Below, piece by piece: positions 13,141-20,000 of a stretch of 20,000 nt of DNA. Made by a program: the position numbers and the translations under genes. The notes under the pieces were generated by a model that made no database searches, had not been told where the DNA came from, and worked only from the letters and a program-made list of their open reading frames with translations. Source of the stretch: Vicugna vicugna (lineage: Eukaryota); contig MU057718.1 of assembly GCA_013265495.1 (NCBI GenBank), forward strand, positions 47,261 through 67,260. Direction: 5' to 3'. Each line of letters starts with the position of its first letter. Within the stretch, counting starts at the first letter, position 1.

Positions 13141-13764
13141 ACAGCCTGGTCTGTGGGGTCAGGGCTAGCTTTCCTGGGTGCGCCCTGAAGCAGAGCCCTG
13201 GAGGACCAGGGTGGCTGCCTCGGGTCTGCTGGTCAACAGCTGGTCTCCTGCCCTCCCAGCCACCGAACCTCCTAGACCCAGGGTAAGTGCGTTCATCCAT
13301 GTGGGAGAAGACATTAGTGACGTGTTAAAGGTTAGGCTTCAAAACGGCCTGATGGTGACTCTCCTGTAGACACATAAAGAACACATCTCCAAATTGTACT
13401 GAACTCGTTAATCAAGGTGTGAGAGCCCGGCCAAAGCAGTATTCAAAGCACTCCATTTGTACAGTCGAATCAAGAGTGCTGAAATGAGTTTACAAACAGT
13501 TTCTAAATGGGAGTCAGAGAAGCCTCGATCCTTCATCCGAAGAAGGGGATTTGTGTTGCCATCCACCCTCTGCAGCTTAGAGAGTCGGGAAATAGCTCAA
13601 AGACAATGAAAACCATAGAGCCCCACGGGGCAGGATGGCCTTGACGCGCACACAAGACAATGCCTTGCTTTCCACTGAAGACACCAGGAGTGATTTTTTT
13701 GGTCCATTTCAACGTCTTTCACAATTTCACCTGCTGACATGTGTAACTGACAGAAATAGATTGA

Positions 13765-14630
13765 GGATAGACAGAGAACTCCTGCAAATCAACTAGAAAA
13801 ATCAAACAATTCTGTAGAGAAGTGGGCAGGAGAATTAAACAGATGTTTCACAAAAGCTGTCCAAATAGCCATGAAACATTTGAAAGGAGCCACACCGGTT
13901 TTAAGGGAAATGAAAACCACATCAGAGAAAGCAGTTCTGATTCAGCAAGCCCTGGAGAAAGCGAGGAGAAGCAAAGGCAAGAGGAGGCCTTGCAGGCAGC
14001 CAGGAAATGACGCATCGCACAAGGGACAAATGACACTGGCTTCTCATCAGAAAAAAAGTGGTGACCAGGGAACAATAGAAGAGGAGTTTCAACCCAGAAG
14101 TCTACATCCAGAGAAAAGATCTTTCTAAAATGACTATGTAACAGACATTTTCAGACACACAAAACCTGAGGGAGTGCATTTCCAAGAGACCTGAGGTAAA
14201 GGAAAGGCTAACAGAGAGATTTTGTGCTGTGAAGAAATGACACCAAAGTGAAAGTCAGGTCCACAGGATGGAAAGTGGAGCATCAGGGGTGGTAAACATG
14301 CAAGTGCAAAAAAAATGTGCTTTTCTCTCTTGCTTTCTTAAAAAGACGATTGTTGAAAGTAAAAACTGTAACTGTATGTTGTGGGGCGTGTAACATGTAT
14401 AGATGCAAAATACAAGACAGAACCACCAAGAATGAATTGATAAGTGGAACTGTACTTTTTCAAGGCCCTAATGACAACATGAGGTTCATTGTGATAACTG
14501 CAGGGTGCACGTTATAGTCACAAAAATCACAATGCAAACAGGCTTATCTTAAAAGTCAGTAGAGAAATCAGAATGGAATACCAAAAAGTACTTCATTGGC
14601 CCAAGAGGATGGAGGAAAGAAGGAATAAAG
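13765..14630 (+). mobile_element. Old L1M fragments (ORF2 piece 13765-13925; ORF1 C-terminus and inter-ORF 13930-14630)
   Basis: gaactcctgcaaatcaac...agtgggcaggagaattaaacagatgtttcacaaaag; cttctcatcagaaa...tcaacccagaagtctacatccag...agacattttcagacacacaaaacctgaggga. Confidence 0.7.
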
Positions 14631-14725
14631 CTGCAGCAAACATCCTCACTGGGCGACCTTTAGGGGTGTTCACACAGGGTCCGGGATGCAGCAAGGGCAC
14701 CTGTCACTGCTGTCATAGTATTTTG

Positions 14726-15008
14726 CAGGGTTTTTCAGCTTCGTGACTTGGCTAACCTGTGGACTGTGAACTCAAATCAAAGAGTTACAGCCAGGCTTTC
14801 TTTAGTAAACAAAGAAAAACAAGGAGAAATTTTCTGCATTGTGCATAACAAGAGTAAATATTTTCCATGAAAATTTTTTTTGGTAACATAAATAAATATA
14901 CACAATATATATGTTTTATACATATATATAACATACAAATGTGTATTGGATGACAATATAGAATGTTTTTCTTATAAGGATTTTGTCAAAAAGGTTTGGA
15001 AAATGCTC
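14726..15008. mobile_element. Non-autonomous hAT/Charlie-type (MER) DNA transposon inserted in an L1 RT fragment
   Basis: The ends cagggtttttcagct... and ...caaaaaggtttggaaaatgct are degenerate terminal inverted repeats around an AT-rich (TA)n-containing core. L1 RT-like sequence lies on both sides. Confidence 0.5.
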
Positions 15009-15009
15009 A

Positions 15010-15760
15010 TTTAACAGATTATTGGCCATCCTAGCCAAAGCTACATGACAAGAAAAAGAAACGGGGTTGTTAAGATTGAAAGAGGAGACGTAACACAGGC
15101 ATTATTTGCAGACAATATGATCACGTCTAAGGAAAAGCAAACAAAAGCAGCGGACGAACTGTTAGAAGTAACGAGAAAAGCAGCACGATTTCCAAATGTA
15201 AGACCAATTTACCAAAAGCAGTCATGGTCCTCTGTGACAGCAAACCTACCAGAAAGTGTAACAGAAAGAGAGGCGCAGCTCACAGCAACGCAAGGGATAT
15301 CCTGACGAAGGGCACCCAAGACCTTTGTGAAACAAAGTTAAACTCCATTAAAAGACATAAAAGAAAACTGGTCGGCTGGAGAGACACGCTGGTCAAGGAT
15401 GGTGTGATAAAGCGCCATTTGTCTCACAGACTAAGAAATACAATGTACTCCCCATCAAAATTCCAGCTGGGTTGGTTTTGTTTGTTTGTCTGTCTGTCTT
15501 TGAGATCCATTTACAGCTTAGACAATTTTGAAAAATAAAAGCAAAGGATGAGGGTTTTCAGGGAGACTTTCCCCCTAAACGTTGGCATGGTCACAAAACC
15601 GTCACCGAAAACAATGGTACTCATGCTCAAACTACTAGACCCAAGGAACAGGAGAGCCTCAGAGACAGCCCAGTTGTCCCTCAGAGCTCGGACCACAGTG
15701 AGTGGTGCCGTCAGGCAACGGGGAAGCCTGTTGGGGGGGGACAGGACTCTCACATGGAGA
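15010..15760 (+). mobile_element. L1 ORF2 reverse-transcriptase fragment, degenerate
   Basis: ORF 15045-15305 contains ALFADNMITSKEKQTKAADELLEV...IYQKQS, matching L1 SLFADDMI...KLLELI...INIQKS. Confidence 0.8.
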
Positions 15761-15869
15761 GCTTCAGTCCTCTGCACGGGGGCTGGTGGTTGAGCCTGTT
15801 AGGACCCAGCAGGCTCACCTGAAAGGCCAACTCTGAAGCTGAAAGGAGGCAGACCAGCCCAGGCTGGTG

Positions 15870-16293
15870 GTGCACGGTGATGGCTTCTGCCTGGTGGAAG
15901 GTATGTCCATCCAGAACTTGTGAACATGAACTCGTTTGGACACAGGGTCTTTGCTAACGTCATTAGGTCAAGGATGTTAAGATTGGATCACACTAGATTT
16001 CTGAAGGGTTACAAGTCCAATGACTTGTAGCAAGTGGAGGTGACACAGGGCAGAATGCCATGTGAAGATGGAGGGAAGATTGGAGTGAGGCCAGTAGCCA
16101 GTCACTGGAAGGGGCTGGACGAGGCAGGAGGGATCCACCACCACCACTCCCTCCTCCACCCCAGCCTGGAAGCTCGGCCCTGCCAACACCTTGGTTTCTG
16201 TATTCTGGCTTCCAGAGTGTGAGAATCCATTCCTGTGGTTTAGAGCCACCATACTTGTGGTCCTTTGTGACAGAAGCCCCAGGGAACTTACAC
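15870..16293 (+). mobile_element. MaLR MLT1-type solo LTR
   Basis: cagaacttgtgaacatga...tttggacacagggtctttgc...gccatgtgaagatggagg...ggccctgccaacaccttggtttc...tctggcttccaga...gccaccatacttgtggtcctttgtgacagaagccccagggaacttacaca are hallmark MLT1 blocks, and the element ends in ACA. Confidence 0.9.
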
Positions 16294-17771
16294 AGTAGCC
16301 TCCAAAATTCAGGGTAGATAACCAGCAAATCTGCCACATGGAAACCAAGAACTTACGTCAAATGAGGGCTCAGTACGCAGTGTTAACAGACTGAGGATGA
16401 TCCAGGAGAAGGTCATCACAATGCAAAACTTGCAAGGGGCTGGCTTCTAGAGGTGACTGCCGTGCAGATTTCCAGGAATTGCCAAGAGAATCTTAGCAAG
16501 CATGATGCGATCAAAGAGAAGTCCAAACGGTTCCTGAGTTTCCAAAGATATGCTCCAGCTCGTCAGCAACAGGAGGGTTTGGATTAGATCCCAGAGACAC
16601 CGCGCTGCACCCTTCAGAATGGCAAGCTCCCACGGATCATGACAGCGGCATGCCCGCTGGGAAGGCAGTCCTGGGGCTGGAGGCAGGGGCCACGCCTGTG
16701 GCAGCCGAGAAGCAGGGCCTCCCAGGAGGCCTGGGATGCCGTAGGCCAGCCCCAGACCAGGCCCACTCTGGGCGGAGGGAGCCACACAGGGGGCTGAGAG
16801 CATCTACAGGCCTGCATTTGGGGTCACAACCACAGACAAGGGGCTCAGCTGGTCTCACCGTCCAGGAGAACGCCGGGGCCAGATCCCCACCATGGGTACC
16901 AAGAGCAGTGAGCCCCTGGTTGAGTCTGAGGTCTAGGGGCTGGTGCTGCCACCCAGTCAGGATCCTGGTCAGGAAGGGTCTAAGAAACACCTGTGGCTTG
17001 GCCTTCCCTCCACACAACTTGCTGGCCTGAGCCCGTGCCCCACACCCTCCCTGACCCTCACCTGCAGCCCAGCACCTCCTGGGAAGCCTGGGTAGTGCTG
17101 GTGGAGAGGAGCTGGCTGGGCACTGAGGCCTCTGCCTCGAGTGCCCACAGCCTGGGAAGAATGAGCAGGGAGCTGCCAGGGGCCAAGCCCTCAGCTTCAC
17201 ACACTCACACAGTGCAGGCTGCATGGCCTGGCACCACCTGGCAGGAGGCTCCCCGAAGGGGCTCTGCCAGCTCTGTGGTTTCTCAACCTTGGGTCCTTCC
17301 AAGGAACTCAGCAGTTACCCCTCCCCCTCCCACACAGCATCTGAGCCTGAGGCCGAGGGTGGGGCCAGATGGACCAGGACAATCTGTGCTGGGACAGAGC
17401 AGTCAGGCTGGGCCCTGGCTCCCACCAGGGCCCTGGCTCTGCACCCTGGGCCTGCCCTGGCCATTCCGCAGCAACCCCGGGGTCTTCCCAAGGGAGACCA
17501 AACATTCCTGCAAGGATGCAGCCTGACCCCACCTGTCTCCGCACAGCCTCCCTGTGTGGGGACGACTGGCCATGGTGTCCTGGGTCCTGGTGTCCTGGGT
17601 GTCCAGGGAGTGGGGTCCTGGTATCTCCCTCTTCAAAGACCGCATGTCCCCTCCCAGAAGCCCATGCTGATGGCGAGCCTGGCAAGTGGCCATGGCCTCC
17701 CCTTTGTGTGCACTTGGGCCGTCGGGGGTTCTGGGGACACACAGGCCTGCAGGGCACATCAACAGCACGGG

Positions 17772-17837
17772 GACTCAGCCTGCCGTCTGCTTAGTGCTTG
17801 TTAGTGACTCAGCCCGCCGTCTGCTCAGTGCGTGTTA
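17772..17837. repeat. Tandem duplication, 34-bp period, 2 copies
   Basis: gactcagcctgccgtctgcttagtgcttgtta (17772) versus gactcagcccgccgtctgctcagtgcgtgtta (17806): 29/32 identical. Confidence 0.9.
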
Positions 17838-18479
17838 AAGGAGTGTCCACAGCAGACCGGCCACCCCGGCAGACCAGTGTCAAATGCCGTGGGCACCTCT
17901 GTAAAAGCCACTCCATGGTCCCCACACCCCTGGGGGCAACTGCAGCCTGACGTGACATGTATGGCCCAGGATCCAGCAGCTACAAGGGTCTTGCTGAGCT
18001 ACCGGCCAAGCTCACAGCCACATCCAGCCTCCTCACAGGACCCTGCCAGCCCTCAGGGCCACATGGCCCAGTCACTGCAGGACACTGTCCGACTGGGAAG
18101 CCAGTACGTAGGCAGCAGGGTGCCAGGAGCCAGGGGGAACCAGAGCCTGCCCGTCCCCAGGTGAGCCCACAGCCCCCACGCTCATGCCCAGAGCCACCCC
18201 CACTGGGCCAGCCCCTGGCCCACTCCCCTGGGTGGTGGGACACAGGGACGAGGACAGTGTGTGGTCAGGAAGCCCTGCCCTCCATCCTGGCTTCTCACAC
18301 ACAAAAAAGCCAAGACCGCTTCCCAGCGAAGCTGCCACAGGAGCAGCGGTGGCTGTGCCTGCGCCCCTCCCTTCCCAGGCCATCGTGTGACCACAGTGCG
18401 TGCCGACAGCACTCCGAGTCAGCCCACGGCACTGAGGGGGAGAGGCCACGAGCCGGGCAGAGAGGAGCAGAGCCCGAGA

Positions 18480-18600
18480 CCCCGCTGTCACTCGATCAGC
18501 TTCCCAAGAACAGAGAGAGAAAAGGGAACTTCCAGGGCTGCCAAGGCCCCTGGGGTTCCCACCCCGTTTTTAGCTGAGAGCACTGGGGCAGAGCTCCCTC
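18480..18600 (+). promoter_or_regulatory. Germline I-epsilon (IgE) IL-4/CD40-responsive promoter
   Basis: STAT6 site TTCCCAAGAA (18501-18510), NF-kB1/PU.1 GGGAACTTCC (18524-18533), NF-kB2 GGGGTTCCC (18552-18560) and Pax5/BSAP-like TTAGCTGAGAGCACTGGGGCAGAGC (18570-18594). Order and sequence are close to the human I-epsilon promoter as recalled. Confidence 0.93.
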
Positions 18601-18735
18601 CCCCAGGCCCTATTTTCTAGACGTAAAAATAACAGCAATGTTTCTAATGACTCAGGTCATCTGGGAGTCTGTCCAGGGAGCTTGCAGACGGGCCATGCCA
18701 GCCACAGGCACCTGACGGAAAACCCAGCACCTCAG
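18600..18735 (+). ncRNA. IGHE: I-epsilon exon of the sterile germline epsilon transcript (start approximate); splice donor GT at 18736-18737
   Basis: catctgggag.ctgtccagg...gacgggccatgccagccacaggcacc...acccagcacctcag|gtagcc parallels human GACGGGCCACACCATCCACAGGCACC...ACCCGGCGCTTCAG|GT. E-boxes CATCTG (18658) and CACCTG (18709) are present. Confidence 0.85.
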
Positions 18736-19104
18736 GTAGCCCAGCCACTGGGGTTGGCCCAAGTGGCAGCCAGGGTGGGCTGCCCAGGCCCCTGCTAGGT
18801 GAGGCTGCCTTAACTGCCCCCCTGGTATGGACCAGGCCTCTTGGTCACTGCTTGGCCCTCAGCTGTCCCTTCCCTGCATGGGGACACAGGGAAGCAAGAC
18901 ACTGCCTGAAGCCAGCCTGGAGAAGAGCAAGTGGCTGGGAATCTCAGCCAGGGCAGGACCCACACACAGGGTGCAGACAGGGCTCTGGGCATGGACCTGC
19001 CTGCAGCCAGCCGGGTCAGTGGCCGCCAGCCCAGGTTGGGGGTGAACAGCAGGGGTTAGTCTCTGTGCGGGGCTACATGGCAGGCTGGCCTAAGCCTGCA
19101 GCCT

Positions 19105-20000
19105 GTGGCCTGAGCTGAGCTGGCCTGAGCGGGCCTGATGAGGGCAGGCCAGGCAGGACCAGGCTGGACGAACTGTGGCTTGAATGGTTGGAGGGAGATG
19201 AACTGTCCTGGCCTCCACCGGGCCGTGCTGTTCAGAGGGGCTGTCCTCAGCTGTGTGAGACTGTGCCAGGCTGGTGGACTGAGCTGAAGTGAGCTGGGCT
19301 GCCCTGAGCCAAGGTGAGCTGGGCCGAGCTGGGTGGACTAAGCCAACAGGGCTGGGCTGAGCTGAGGGGGTGGACTGGGGTGGGTGAAGTGGGCTGAGAG
19401 GAAATACCGTCCTCCATGGGGCCAGGTGGGGCTGAGCTGGGCTGTTCTGGACTAGGCGAATTTAGATGGATAGGCGTGATCAGGCAGGTCCAAATGAGCA
19501 GAGCTCGGAACTCGCCCACCCTGGGCCGGCTCAGCTGGGCTGGCCTGACCTGAACCAGGCTGACCTGACTTGACTGGGTGCAGTCGAACTGAGCTGGGCT
19601 GAGTTGGGAGAAACCAGGCTCAACTGAGGAGGCCAAACCAGGCACACTAAGCAGGGCAAAACAGGCAGTCTGGGCCCTCCTAGGCTGAGCTGGGCTGGGC
19701 TGGGCTTGCCTGCGTGGGAGGGTGGGGCTGGGCTGGGCTGGGCTGCACTGGGCTAGTCTGGGCAGAGCTGGCTAGGATGAGCTGAACTAGATTCAGCTGG
19801 GCTGAGCTGGGCTGGCTGAGCTGGGCTGGGCTGAGCTGAGCTGGGCTGGCTGAGCTGGGCTGAGCTGAGCTGGCTGAGCTGGCTGAGCTGGGCTAAGCTG
19901 GGCTGAGCTGAGCTGGTACGGTTTGAGCTGAGTTTAGTTGAACTGGGCTGAACTAGGCTTAGCTGAGCTGACTTGAGTTGAACTGAGTTGAACTGGGCTG
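19105..20000 (+). repeat. S-epsilon class-switch region, 5' part; continues off the right edge
   Basis: G-rich top strand built of GAGCT/GGGCT/GAACT pentamers rich in AGCT AID hotspots, dense from ~19680, directly downstream of the I-epsilon exon. Confidence 0.93.

Noticed and set aside
16447..18620. Many overlapping 100-220 aa ORFs on both strands
   Set aside because: No recognisable domains, low-complexity G/P/A/S composition, and expected by chance in GC-rich non-coding IGH DNA.
18641..18654. AICE (IRF4-BATF) composite element TTTC...TGACTCA
   Set aside because: The spacer is 3 nt, whereas the canonical AICE1 needs 4.
19680..20000. Regular short repeats resembling a CRISPR array or satellite
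   Set aside because: There are no unique spacers. These are GAGCT/GGGCT pentamers downstream of I-epsilon, i.e. an Ig switch region.

Overview
Mammalian genomic DNA, probably laurasiatherian (inferred from L1 style); there are no prokaryotic features and no intact protein-coding gene. The window has two halves. Left (~1-6925) is AT-rich. It holds the 5' end of a minus-strand L1, a frameshifted HDGFL3 (HRP-3) processed pseudogene that still carries its CpG island, and L1/L2 debris. Right (~6958-20000) is GC-rich immunoglobulin heavy-chain constant-locus sequence. It runs from what looks like the 3' UTR and poly(A) site of a membrane IgG (IGHG) transcript, through a repeat-filled spacer, to the germline I-epsilon promoter (STAT6, two NF-kB and a Pax5 site), the I-epsilon exon and the start of the S-epsilon switch region. 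The most notable point is that the IGHG 3' UTR has no CH/M1/M2 exons in front of it. It is fused abruptly to the AT-rich block, and a near-perfect 40-bp inverted duplication and a small hairpin lie at or near the junction. This suggests a rearranged or duplicated IgE unit, an insertion into an IGHG 3' UTR, or an assembly join. All homology calls are from recalled sequences, not database searches.
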